Positions 1 through 11,340 are shown, counted from the stretch's first letter. The stretch: 64,000 nucleotides of DNA from an uncultured cyanobacterium (GCA_963744145.1 CAVUSO010000001.1:3136001-3200000); one strand, 5' to 3'. Notes: generated from the letters alone by a model not told the origin. Made by a program: numbers and translations.

Positions 1-96
1 CAAAGTTGTAGTATGTGTGTAATATATTAGTTATGGAAAGGACACCTAGACCTGGACAACTTAATCAGCAACTAGAAATATAAAATAATAAGTTAA

Positions 97-315
<219 letters not shown>

Positions 316-368
316 TATAATTATCCTCTATACCCAGAGATAAAGCTTACAGATATTGACCAGATTTT

Positions 369-499
369 TCACTTCGCGCCCTGACAAAAAAAGCTTACAT
401 ACTAGCCGAATTGGTACAGGCACTTGAATTCTAAATCAAGCGATTGCAGGTTCAAATCCTGCGTATAAGCAAACAGCTTTTTTAACTTGCGTGAAGTGA
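369..499 (+). ncRNA. tRNA-like structured RNA enclosed in a long closing stem (Y RNA-like candidate)
   Basis: D arm GCC405-407/GGC419-421 with GG loop. Stem CTTGA/TCAAG 423-440 with 8-nt loop. T arm GCAGG-TTCAAAT-CCTGC 446-462. Bulged acceptor GCTTA(CA)TAC/GTATAAGC. Outer stem TCACTTCGCGC 369-379 / GCGTGAAGTGA 489-499, followed by a T-run. Directly upstream of a Ro60-like gene. Confidence 0.7.
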
Positions 500-526
500 T
501 TTTTTTTGGGGTAAAGTGTCAATAAT

Positions 527-615
527 GGCAGTTAAGTCGCACCCTCATCGGTAAAGCTAATCTAGCTTGATCACCAACTTGTGCGGAGATCTATCATTTG
601 TGTGCGAAAACTGCC
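527..615 (+). ncRNA. Second structured RNA candidate (Y RNA-like, or 5' leader of the vWA gene)
   Basis: GGCAGTT 527-533 pairs with AACTGCC 609-615. TCGCAC 537-542 pairs with GTGCGA 602-607. Inner hairpin AAGCTA-ATC-TAGCTT. Confidence 0.45.
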
Positions 616-646
616 TCCTGAAAACTCCACAATCAAGGGGAGGTAG

Positions 647-2086
<1,440 letters not shown>

Positions 2087-2090
2087 ATGT

Positions 2091-2114
2091 TTGGGTGAAA
2101 TTAATTTCACCCAA
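2091..2114. terminator. 24-bp perfect palindrome (hairpin, possible terminator or processing signal)
   Basis: TTGGGTGAAATTAATTTCACCCAA immediately after the vWA stop codon. Confidence 0.45.
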
Positions 2115-2169
2115 CATTATTTTATGATTAGTGCTAGTTATCTCCCTTGGGGGTGCTATAATCATAATT

Positions 2170-2724
2170 ATGGACAATCCTCGGTTAGTAAAAATTAGCA
2201 AATATCTGAGCAAACATCTCCGACATCAACCTGAGCAAATTGGACTGGTCCTAGGAGTAGGTGGTTGGGTTTCTGTCGAAGAACTTCTGAGTGCTTGTGA
2301 AAAACACTCCTTTCCTATTACCCGTTTAGAATTAGATGAAGTAGTTGTAAATAATGATAAAAAACGGTTTTCTTTTGATGCTACTAACACTCAGATTCGC
2401 GCTAACCAAGGTCATAGTATCGAAATTGATTTACAATTAGAGCCAGCTATACCTCCAGCTATATTGTATCATGGTACAAGTGATCAGGTCGTACCATCAA
2501 TTTTAGACCAAGGTATTGGCAAAATGTCGCGCCATCATGTACATTTATCTACAGAAATTTCGATCGCACGAAATGTAGGTGCAAGACACGGTCGTCCGGT
2601 TGTTTTCGCGGTAGATACAGCCAAAATGCACCAAGATGGTTATATATTTTATTGTTCTGACAATGGAGTTTGGTTAGTTGATCACGTACCTGCTGAATAT
2701 TTACAAAAGATTGATCTAATTTAG
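2170..2724 (+). CDS. kptA: RNA 2'-phosphotransferase (Tpt1/KptA)
   Basis: SKYLSKHLRH, DKKRF, IRANQGHS, LYHGT, RHHVHLS, NGVWL motifs. Confidence 0.95.
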   Translation: MDNPRLVKISKYLSKHLRHQPEQIGLVLGVGGWVSVEELLSACEKHSFPITRLELDEVVVNNDKKRFSFDATNTQIRANQGHSIEIDLQLEPAIPPAILYHGTSDQVVPSILDQGIGKMSRHHVHLSTEISIARNVGARHGRPVVFAVDTAKMHQDGYIFYCSDNGVWLVDHVPAEYLQKIDLI

Positions 2725-2767
2725 CAATAAATTTTAAAACTTTTTTCGCAACAAAAAGGATATAATT

Positions 2768-3974
2768 ATGGGTTCAGGATCTTTTTGGAACGATGATTCT
2801 ACCGGACAAAATAATGTCCAAAGTCGAGGTTTACTCGCATCAGGTTGGAGACCATTATCACGACAGATTGATTTATCATTCCTGTTGCATTTAGCTACTA
2901 ACGATACCTGGGAATTAACACAAAAAACTCTAGATTTAGCGAGTGATATTGCAGATGCGATCGGACGTTCGAGATTATACTTGGTGGGCTAACATTTTAA
3001 ATATATTTTCCGAAAATACTCGCTATGAAATAGATGAATTTTGGAATTATATTACTCCCGAACCACCTGCACCTGATGAACAATTTAAAGATGTTTTAAG
3101 TATTGAAACTCCTACTGTGCAAATCGTTAGTCGTGATAGTATTCCGATTGATTATGTTTTGAATCGTCTCCGGGAAATTATTGTCATGAAAGTTCTAGAT
3201 TTATTAGGACGTCCAGAATTAATTACCCAAGACTATCTAGAACGACATTTCTATTATCCCGTCGAACGATTTCTCAATTGGGAAAGAATGGAAGCGATCG
3301 GTACAGTTTACGCTTATTGGTCACAGCATCAAGTTTGGTTGCAAATTAATAGTTCTGGAAGAGGAAGAAGACGTTATACTCTCATCGCTAAGGATATTGC
3401 ACCTTTAGTGAATAAATCAACCTATAATCTAGCAGTCATGTTGAGTGGTTATCAAAGTCGGGTTGGTCAGGTGCAAAGTCAGTTTCCGATTCGGACTTTT
3501 CCTAAAGATATTCAAAATTTTACTGATATTGTTCAACAAGCTATTATTGATCAAAATCAGTTAGCTGTGTTAGTACATGGAGATCCAGGAACAGGAAAAA
3601 CTGCATGGACTCAAGCAGTAGCAAAAGAAATTTTGATGCCCTTAGGATATGTTATTTTTATCTTAGATCATGATGCGGTCGAAAATTTTGTCCCCCAAAA
3701 TTATTTGCAACGGGTTTGTCTGATTATTAATGAAGCAGATAATTTAGCTCAAGATCGATCTACTGAAGTTGCTCAACGTAGTAGTAAAACTGAACATATT
3801 TTGAGTTTGCTAGATGGAACTTTATATCAGAGTGTAGTTGATGAAAATGGGTTACAATCAGAGCAAAGATTAGTAGTATTGATGACTTGTAATACTACAG
3901 AAAGGTTAGATCCAGCAGTTTTACGCAAGGGACGGGTTGATTTGATGTATGAATTTACCGAAAAGTTTATCTAG
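2768..3974 (+). CDS. AAA+ ATPase, split by a 1-nt frameshift near 2968
   Basis: ORFs 2768-2992 and 2943-3974 join (ADAIGR/RDYTWWAN). Walker A GDPGTGKT, Walker B-like IINEAD, SRH TCNTTERLDPAVLRKGRVD. Confidence 0.8.
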
Positions 3975-3995
3975 TTAAGATTGTAGGTAAGCATT

Positions 3996-4832
3996 ATGCT
4001 TAAGATTGAGCAGTTACTTCACCAAATTGCTACCCAAGAAAAAGAATTTTGTGCTACCCAATTTCTAGCTCCATCAGTGGTCGGAGGAAAGGTGCGATCG
4101 CGAGTATCAGGTCTGATCTATACTTTTACAATTAAACCCCAGCAATTTACTGGTTGGGGAATATTTCAACCTCTGAATTCTACCGTAGCTGAGTTGGTTA
4201 CTGAAGCAGATTTACCCCAGATTGCTGAATATATGCAATATATGTCACCCATGCGTTTTTGGTTAGCTTATGCTTTACAAAAAAACACTTGGCTCGCATA
4301 TCCAATTAATGAATCTGATGCTCAACAACGTTTTGGTATTACTAAACCAGTTCCGATCCATTTAGTCAGTAATGGTGCAGTTTTTGAACAAATTATTGCC
4401 CGATGGGATGGAGGTAATTGGTGGTTTGAAGATTATGATCGTCGAGCTGATCCTTTTTTATCAGAAAACCTGACAACCGCTTTAAAAGAAATTACTCTAC
4501 CAGCTAAACTTCGGTTTAAAGGAATGACACCAGAAATGAAAATAGTTTATCAGTTGGTAACCCAGCAACAAGCAGAATTTAAAGCCAAAATGGAGTTACA
4601 AACTGATGCAGAAAAACTTGCTCAAGCATTAAAATTAGGTGGAGGAGAATTACAAAAATTTCGCGATCGCGATGATTACTGGGTCGTAGAGTGGACTACT
4701 GGATATGGAGAACATCATACCAGTGCGATCGCTAAAAGTGACCTAACTGTAATCAGTGCAGGAATTTGTCTAAGTGGACTAGATCGAGATTTTGATTTAT
4801 CATCTTTAGTGGGTGTCGTGGAATCTCGATAG
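3996..4832 (+). CDS. Hypothetical protein with a C-terminal E2/UBC-like GICL cysteine motif
   Basis: 278-aa ORF in the operon. C-terminal SAGICLSGLDRDFDLSSLV. The E2 assignment is an inference. Confidence 0.55.
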   Translation: MLKIEQLLHQIATQEKEFCATQFLAPSVVGGKVRSRVSGLIYTFTIKPQQFTGWGIFQPLNSTVAELVTEADLPQIAEYMQYMSPMRFWLAYALQKNTWLAYPINESDAQQRFGITKPVPIHLVSNGAVFEQIIARWDGGNWWFEDYDRRADPFLSENLTTALKEITLPAKLRFKGMTPEMKIVYQLVTQQQAEFKAKMELQTDAEKLAQALKLGGGELQKFRDRDDYWVVEWTTGYGEHHTSAIAKSDLTVISAGICLSGLDRDFDLSSLVGVVESR

Positions 4833-4844
4833 CTGGTGATCATC

Positions 4845-4978
4845 CAATACGGTTCAGTTAAGGATATTTTGGGAGATCTGGTGAGAAGAAGGGTGAAGCA
4901 TTCGGATATAATATTATTCGTTTAAGTGATAAATTATCGCCCGAATGCTTCACCCCTACAGTTAACTTAACTATATTG
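4845..4978. mobile_element. MITE, 134 bp, with 10-bp target-site duplication
   Basis: TIRs CAATACGGTTCAGTTAA / TTAACTTAACTATATTG. Flanking GGTGATCATC at 4835-4844 and 4979-4988. Internal palindrome GGGTGAAGCATTCGG...CCGAATGCTTCACCC. Confidence 0.85.
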
Positions 4979-5017
4979 GGTGATCATCTGGTTTTGTTCC
5001 CTCAATAATTAAAGTAA

Positions 5018-5653
5018 ATGTCTATATTCTTCCATGAACAACTCTATCGAACTCAACCAGTCATGGTGCAATTAACAAATTTTGCTGTGACTGTTTGTGG
5101 TGCTGGTGCGATCGGAGCTAACCTGACCGAAAGTTTAGCTCGATCGGGTTTAGCAAAATTAAAAGTAATTGATCGCGATCGCATTGAAGAACGTAATTTG
5201 TCAACTCAACCTTATTATCGAGCTGATGTTGGTGCTTGCAAAGCCAAAATATTAGCTCATCATCTTTATCGTGCTTTAGGAGTAAAAATTGAGGGTCAAT
5301 CTCAAGAATTAACTCCTAAAAATGTCAAAGAATTATTAAAAAATAGTGACTTAGTTATTGATTCCTTTGATAATAGTATCGGACGTCAAATAGTTAAAGA
5401 TTATTGTTTAGCAGCAAATCTTCCTTGTTTGCACATCGGATTAGCTAGTGACTATGGGGAAATTATCTGGAACAATTCTTATCGCGTTCCTTCTGGAGCT
5501 AATGATGATATTTGTGATTATCCATTAGCGAGAAATTTAGTCATGCTTACCGTTGCGATCGCAGCTGAAGTAATTATTAAGTTTATTGCTACTGGTAAAC
5601 AAGAGAGTTTTACTATTACCTTAGCAGATTTTGGGATTCAACAGTTTCATTAA
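5018..5653 (+). CDS. ThiF/MoeB/E1-like adenylyltransferase
   Basis: GAGAIG, DRDRIEERNLSTQ, K-A-K, DSFDN motifs. Lacks the CxxC Zn pairs. Single Cys in DDICDY. Confidence 0.9.
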   Translation: MSIFFHEQLYRTQPVMVQLTNFAVTVCGAGAIGANLTESLARSGLAKLKVIDRDRIEERNLSTQPYYRADVGACKAKILAHHLYRALGVKIEGQSQELTPKNVKELLKNSDLVIDSFDNSIGRQIVKDYCLAANLPCLHIGLASDYGEIIWNNSYRVPSGANDDICDYPLARNLVMLTVAIAAEVIIKFIATGKQESFTITLADFGIQQFH

Positions 5654-5916
5654 AAATCCCTAGATAACTTTAGATTAAAATTCAGCCAAATCACGGAAAA
5701 ATTGTAAAATTCTATTGTAGCCGATCGCTCTCCTCTCCTGGTCAAAGATCCCATCAAGTCTCACTGGACTAACTTGCTTTTGACCCTCAGTCCATCTCCA
5801 ACCGATTGGTCTGACCTCAACTAGGATGAATATCCCCAAGAATTACTCTCTCGCGATCGGATCGCGCCTAACAAATGTTATCTTGAGGAAAAGAGAGCTA
5901 TGATGCAGGCAAACTT

Positions 5917-6792
5917 ATGGATGCAGGTAAACAGCAAATTCTAGTTTATTTTATCGAAGAAGCTAAAGAACACCTAGAAACCATTGAACAAGGGTTATTG
6001 AATCTCCAGTCGGTAGTCAGTGATCAAGAGAAGACCAACGAACTATTTAGAGCTGCTCACTCAGTTAAGGGGGGTGCAGCGATGTTGGGATTTGGTAGTA
6101 TTCAAAAAACAGCTCACCAATTGGAAGATTGTTTTAAAATTCTCAAAGAAGAACCAGTAAATGTCGATCAAAAGCTGGAATCCCTATTTTTACAGAGCTT
6201 TGATACACTCCGGGATTTACTCGAACGTCTCCAAGGACCTTTTGGTCTGAGGGATGAAGAAGGTGACCAGATGGTCAAAAAAGCCGAACCAGTGTTTATG
6301 GAACTCCAATCGTACTTGAATAATTTAGCACATCAGGGTGGTGCTACTTCTACCGCAGCTTTTGCTGATCAGGTACTAATAGTTCTCCGCGAAATGTTAC
6401 AATTATTTAAAGAAAAAGAATCTACAAATAATCGTCAACAGCTCCAAGAACTATGTAATCGCTTAGAGCAAATGGATGTTCACACTGACAGTTGGCAACG
6501 TTTAGTTAAAACTGCTAAAGGTGCGATCGCTAACTCAAGTAATTCTTATCTCACCTTAGCTCCATTTGTGATTAAAGAAATCAAACAAGCCAGCGATTTA
6601 ATTACAGCCGGAAAAGCTAGCGAAATAGTTGCGAGTAGAAGTTTACAACTACTCCAATCCAAAGGAACTACTGTGCAAAAATATCTTAGCACCGTAGCGG
6701 AACCAAAAGCAGCAGCAGAAGCATTAATTAAAGCTTTTGATAAAAAACAATTAGCAGAGGTAATTAGTTTATTGCAAAAAGCTAGCAAATAG
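5917..6792 (+). CDS. Hpt (histidine phosphotransfer) domain protein, CheA-P1-like
   Basis: FIEEAKEHL...LFRAAHSVKGGAAMLG...AHQLED. Confidence 0.9.
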   Translation: MDAGKQQILVYFIEEAKEHLETIEQGLLNLQSVVSDQEKTNELFRAAHSVKGGAAMLGFGSIQKTAHQLEDCFKILKEEPVNVDQKLESLFLQSFDTLRDLLERLQGPFGLRDEEGDQMVKKAEPVFMELQSYLNNLAHQGGATSTAAFADQVLIVLREMLQLFKEKESTNNRQQLQELCNRLEQMDVHTDSWQRLVKTAKGAIANSSNSYLTLAPFVIKEIKQASDLITAGKASEIVASRSLQLLQSKGTTVQKYLSTVAEPKAAAEALIKAFDKKQLAEVISLLQKASK

Positions 6793-6801
6793 TTCAGAGT
6801 C

Positions 6802-6856
6802 GGGATAAATATATAGCGATCGCTGGCAAACCAGTAGATATTATTATATTTATCCC
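6802..6856. terminator. Inverted repeat between convergent genes
   Basis: GGGATAAATATA ... TATATTTATCCC. Confidence 0.45.
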
Positions 6857-6897
6857 TGCTTTTTCAGCACTTAGAAAAAATTAACTAAAATTTGAAT

Positions 6898-9426
6898 CTA
6901 TTCATCGTTAAATAGGTGCCCATCTTCCTGCTGACAACGTTCCCAATATATTTTAGCTACGTGATCATGGGGATTAATAACTAGACATTCTTGAAACAAT
7001 TTTGCTGCTTCAGTTAGCTGTTTTTGACTAGCTAATAATACTGCTTGTTCAAAAGTTACTTTAGTCTTTAATTTACCTGTTCTAATTTCTGGTAAGTCAG
7101 CATCAAAAACCTCAAAAATAGAGACATAACCTGATTTACCTTTAACCTGAACTCGATCAATTAGACGAATATTATAATCATTGGGATCTTGCAGAAGTAA
7201 AAAAGTATGATGACTAATTAATAAAGCTACTCCATAATTTTTAGTTAAACCTTCAATTCGAGAAGCTAAATTTACCGCATCACTAATTACTGTTCCATTC
7301 ATCCGGGATGGACTCCCTACCGTACCCAACATCAAAGAACCTGTATTAATCCCAATTCCAATCCTAATTTTGGGACGTCCGGGTCTACCTCTCGTTTCAT
7401 TATATTCATTCAGAGATTTTAACATCGCAATTCCTGCTTTGACTGCATCATCAGCACCACCACTAAATAAAGCCATAATTGCATCACCAATATATTTGTC
7501 AATAAAGCCATTATTTTCGGCGATCGCTGGTTCCATCCGCTGGAGATAAGCATTAATAAATTTAAAATTATCAGCGGGAGTCATTTGTTCCGATAGTTTC
7601 GTAAAATCACGAATATCTGAAAATAAAATTGACATATCTAGTTGCACGTTATCACCTAACTGCACATCCAGAATACTTTCACATCCCAAAAAATGGAGAA
7701 AAGCATGGGGTACGAATCTTTGGTAAGCATCGGTTAATTCTAATTCTGCATCTAGAGATTTTTCTAAGTTCTGATTAAGTTCAAATAATTCTTTAATTAA
7801 TCTTTCTCTTTCGACTTGGGCTTTTTTCCGCTGGGTAATATCTTGAAAAGCTACTAAAGCATAGGAAACATTACCATTTTCATCAAAAATTGGAGTACCA
7901 CTTCCTTCGATCGGGATAATTTTATCTGCTTGGCGGATTTCTAGATCGTCAGCACTATAATATTCTCCATTTAAAGCCCGAATAATCGGTAAATTTTGGT
8001 TTGGATAAAGTTGATTAGTACCCGCAATATATAATTTATGTTGATTAGCTAATTGACTTTTAGTGCTAGTTAATATCTCTTTACCCAGTAAAGATATTGC
8101 TGTCCGATTAGCATAGTAAGTATTACCATTACTATCCATCACCCATACTCCTACGGGCATTGCTTCTAACAATTGAATTAAGGTTTTTTCACTTTGACGC
8201 TGTAATCCTCGACTATAATAACCCGCGATCGCAATCATGGACACCGCAAAACCCATTAACGGTCTGACTACCGGAATCCACCAGCTTCCGAGAAATGCTA
8301 AATAGCAAGTTCCAAATGCTATTCCTCCTGTGATTACAATCCAAATACCGTGAACAATCCAACGTAAAAAAAAATGCTTTTTTAAATAATTTGCTTGGAA
8401 TAAAGTTAAAGTAACTATCCCACCAATAAAAGACCAACCCACAATCCACAAATTTTCCAAATATGCAGGCCAAAATTGGATTTGGGGTCTTCCTTCTAAA
8501 GCACTACTTAAAATTTGACTAGCTAAATTAGCATGAATTAATACTCCTGGTGTGCGTTTGGGACTGCCAAATAGTTTGGTACTATAAGAAGTAAAAAAAA
8601 GATCATTCAGACTTTGTCCGGTCGCACCAATAAAAACTAAGCGATCGCGAATTGCTGCGATTGGAACTCGATCTTCTAAAAGGTCTGTCATCGATATCGT
8701 CTCAAAATTACTTTCTGGACCGCGAAAGTTTAAAATAATCTGATATCCACCCGCATTAGTCCGCACATAACCTCCCTCATTGCCCGTAAAGGGAGTAATA
8801 ACTGCTTTTCCCAACCCGAACTTTTTTTTGACAGGATCGATCATTCTCAGAGTAATCCCCTCAGATTCCAGATACATCATGGCTAAATTAGCGCCTAAAC
8901 TTAACCTGGTTGACTTATTATCTTTAACCGATATTAACCCGCGCCGAATTTTGCCATCCGGATCAATCACCAAATCGGATAAGGCAACTTGATCTAATTT
9001 ACTTAATATCGGTGGAGGCTCAACTCGCTCTCCTGCTACTTTTTCTACTCCGATCAGATTGGGTGTAGACTTAAATACTTCCTCTAATTCTTGATGTCCT
9101 GGCTCGACTGGCAAATTCCGATACAGATCCAAACCGATCGCTTTTGGTTGCTTGACTTTGATTTTTTCGATTAATTTGGCTAGACTTCCATCTGCTAGTG
9201 GCCATTTATTCGCATGACTAATATCAGATTCCCCAATCGTCACAATCACAATCCGGGGATCAGGTGTTTCCAATGGACGCAGACGAAAAAATAAATCTAG
9301 AGTATTTAACTCTAACAGTTGAAATAAACCAGCATAACTGGCAGCCATGACTAATGCAGCTACACTAGGGGCCGTAATCAATACCCCTCGCCATTGCCAA
9401 ATTCTCTTTTTCAGTTTGGGCCACAT
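6898..9426 (-). CDS. CHASE2-PAS-adenylate/guanylate cyclase
   Basis: CHASE2 (DPRIVIVTI, IGLDLYR, DPDGKIRR, PGVLIHA), TM helices, PAS-like domain, cyclase motifs FSDIRDFT, DKYIGDAIM, DAVNLASRIE. Confidence 0.92.
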   Translation of the reverse strand: MWPKLKKRIWQWRGVLITAPSVAALVMAASYAGLFQLLELNTLDLFFRLRPLETPDPRIVIVTIGESDISHANKWPLADGSLAKLIEKIKVKQPKAIGLDLYRNLPVEPGHQELEEVFKSTPNLIGVEKVAGERVEPPPILSKLDQVALSDLVIDPDGKIRRGLISVKDNKSTRLSLGANLAMMYLESEGITLRMIDPVKKKFGLGKAVITPFTGNEGGYVRTNAGGYQIILNFRGPESNFETISMTDLLEDRVPIAAIRDRLVFIGATGQSLNDLFFTSYSTKLFGSPKRTPGVLIHANLASQILSSALEGRPQIQFWPAYLENLWIVGWSFIGGIVTLTLFQANYLKKHFFLRWIVHGIWIVITGGIAFGTCYLAFLGSWWIPVVRPLMGFAVSMIAIAGYYSRGLQRQSEKTLIQLLEAMPVGVWVMDSNGNTYYANRTAISLLGKEILTSTKSQLANQHKLYIAGTNQLYPNQNLPIIRALNGEYYSADDLEIRQADKIIPIEGSGTPIFDENGNVSYALVAFQDITQRKKAQVERERLIKELFELNQNLEKSLDAELELTDAYQRFVPHAFLHFLGCESILDVQLGDNVQLDMSILFSDIRDFTKLSEQMTPADNFKFINAYLQRMEPAIAENNGFIDKYIGDAIMALFSGGADDAVKAGIAMLKSLNEYNETRGRPGRPKIRIGIGINTGSLMLGTVGSPSRMNGTVISDAVNLASRIEGLTKNYGVALLISHHTFLLLQDPNDYNIRLIDRVQVKGKSGYVSIFEVFDADLPEIRTGKLKTKVTFEQAVLLASQKQLTEAAKLFQECLVINPHDHVAKIYWERCQQEDGHLFNDE

Positions 9427-9659
9427 AGATAATTGGCTACCAGAATTAAGCTTGAATGGGTGGGCATTAATTAATCGTGTATTTAATGGTCATTTGATTA
9501 GGCTAAGTACACAATATTAGGATAAGTTACTACAACTTTCTCTAATACTTCTACCGCAAGAAGTTGGGGATTGTCACCTACTACGAATGAGGATATACCT
9601 ACTCAAAACATATCCAGCGTTACTTTTGTACCAGTTTGGGAAAAAGTCTTTCCGATTGC

Positions 9660-9805
9660 AGGTCAAAGTTTTACCCCATCCGATCAGACCCTCAGCAGTC
9701 ACAGAGGTGCTTAACACTACTAACAGTCATATTCGACGATTACAGAAATTTTCCCATGACCAACAACCCGATCCACTTTTGATTTATGATGACAACTACC
9801 AATAA
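9660..9805 (+). pseudogene. Tyrosine recombinase C-terminal remnant
   Basis: LPHPIRPSAVTEVLNTTNSHIRRLQKFSH...LLIYDDN parallels SPHRIRHSSIAAALDSTNGDIRRVQKF...LIYDDNR at 53038-53230. Confidence 0.6.
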
Positions 9806-9963
9806 ATCAGTTGAAAATATCTAGGTTAATTGCTAGATTAGTTTAGGCACCATTAAGCTAGTTTAGTAATAATAATCCGCTCCTATTTATAACCCAGATA
9901 TATTGAGACCTTTAATCAAAGCAGGTATTCCTTTAAATTTAGCGCAAAATATTAAAACTGTTT

Positions 9964-10080
9964 AGTGTAACATTTTGCAAAGTTTTAGAACAATTTAGAC
10001 AATTTATACACTAATTAAACACTTAGTTAAACATCATTTATAATCGAAGTATGTCAGACTAGCTATTGTTAACAAATTAA
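9964..10080 (+). promoter_or_regulatory. Conserved upstream module copy A with HLR1-like repeat
   Basis: AGTGTAAC-AT-TTTGCAAA, then TTATACACTAATTAAAC...GTTAAACA...CGAAGTATGTCAGACT. Homologous to 22665, 37178 and 42099. Confidence 0.65.
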
Positions 10081-10189
10081 CCAAATCAGCGAAATATCAT
10101 AGCTAATAAAGCTTTTTTAAAGACGCTGTCAACTGGGTATCTAGAATCACTACTAATTACTCCAAACTTAACCTACTAGAGGAAGCATC

Positions 10190-10723
10190 ATGAGTACAGC
10201 AATTGATAACTTTAACAAACAACTTCTTGACAATGTAAAAGCAGTTGAAGATCGGGCAATATCGCTGAAGGAAAGCCTTCACTGTGCGACGAAAAAAACT
10301 CAAGATGAAGTTCAATCAAAACTAAACGAAGTGAAAAACAAACTAACCACAAATAAACAAGAATTTGAGCATTATTTGGTAAGTATAAAAACTCAATTCG
10401 AGGAAAAAGAAGCTGAGTTGAAGTCAAATGTCGAAGAATGGAAAGCGAGTCGTGAAGTCAAGAAACTTGAACATCGGGCTGATAAAGCTGAAAACTATGC
10501 AGCGACAGCGATCTTATTCGCAATAGCAGTTCTAGAAGAAGCTGAAAAAGCAACTTTAGAAGCAATTTCTACCAGATTCGATGCAGAAGCAGCAGCGGGA
10601 ACTACTCAGAAGGAAGAGGCAGAATTGGCGGTAGGAACTACTCAGAAGGAAGAGGCAGAATTAGCGGTAGGAACTACTCAGAAGGAAGAGGCAGAATTGG
10701 TGGCAGGAACTACTCAGAAGTAA
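10190..10723 (+). CDS. Hypothetical coiled-coil protein with C-terminal 12-aa repeats
   Basis: RBS GAGG. Heptad-rich. GTTQKEEAELAV repeats. Confidence 0.75.
   Translation: MSTAIDNFNKQLLDNVKAVEDRAISLKESLHCATKKTQDEVQSKLNEVKNKLTTNKQEFEHYLVSIKTQFEEKEAELKSNVEEWKASREVKKLEHRADKAENYAATAILFAIAVLEEAEKATLEAISTRFDAEAAAGTTQKEEAELAVGTTQKEEAELAVGTTQKEEAELVAGTTQK
10598..10720 (+). repeat. 36-bp tandem repeat, about 3.4 copies
   Basis: GGAACTACTCAGAAGGAAGAGGCAGAATT(G/A)G(C/T)GG(T/C)A units starting at 10598, 10634, 10670 and 10706 (partial). Confidence 0.95.
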
Positions 10724-10800
10724 CCAACGATTAAACCAAGCTGGTCGGGCAGTTAGTTGACATCGATACCCATTCCATTTTCTCAAAAGGAAACAAATTC

Positions 10801-11340
10801 ATGGCATATACACATACCATTGTTGCTCATTTCCCCTCCCATACAGAAGCAGAAAGAGTTGTATTGGAACTGCAAAAAGAAGGCTTCGATCTACAAAAGC
10901 TCTCGATCATTGGCAAAGACTACCATTCCACTGAACAGGTGCGTGGATTTCTCACCTGGAAAGATACAGCCAAAGCTGGTGCGATCGGAGGTGGATATTG
11001 GGGTAGCTTCGTCGGAGGTTTATTTGGCATTTTAGCAGGAGCTGGAGTGCTGTTTATTCCCGGAATGGCTCCGATCATTATTGCTGGTCCCATTGCTGGA
11101 ATATTAGCAGGTTGGCTAGAAGGAACGGTTGTTGGTGGTGTTGGTGCTGCTGCTGTAGGAGGACTAGCAGGTGCCTTGGGAGGGTTAGGAATCCCGAAGG
11201 ATGAGGTACTCAAGTATGATACTAAAATCCAAGCAGGTGAGTTCATCATTCTGGTAACAGGTACTGACGAGGATGTCTCTCAGGCAAAGCAAAGTCTAGA
11301 CAAAATCAGTCATAAAGTCAGCCTTTCGATTCCTGTCTAG
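10801..11340 (+). CDS. General stress protein (YflT/17M-like, Gly-rich membrane hairpin)
   Basis: AERVVLELQKEGFDLQKLSIIGKD, Gly-zipper TM segment, GLGIPKDEVLKY. Confidence 0.8.
   Translation: MAYTHTIVAHFPSHTEAERVVLELQKEGFDLQKLSIIGKDYHSTEQVRGFLTWKDTAKAGAIGGGYWGSFVGGLFGILAGAGVLFIPGMAPIIIAGPIAGILAGWLEGTVVGGVGAAAVGGLAGALGGLGIPKDEVLKYDTKIQAGEFIILVTGTDEDVSQAKQSLDKISHKVSLSIPV

Noticed and set aside
393..471. Functional translation tRNA (amber suppressor or tRNA-Pyl)
   Set aside because: Acceptor needs a 2-nt bulge, the anticodon loop is 8 nt, the D arm is not Pyl-like and no pyl genes are present. Kept as a tRNA-like ncRNA.
5018..5653. Housekeeping thiF/moeB for thiamine or molybdopterin synthesis
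   Set aside because: Lacks CxxC Zn motifs and rhodanese domain; no thi/moa genes in context
10598..10720. CRISPR array (36-bp unit)
   Set aside because: Spacerless coding tandem repeat
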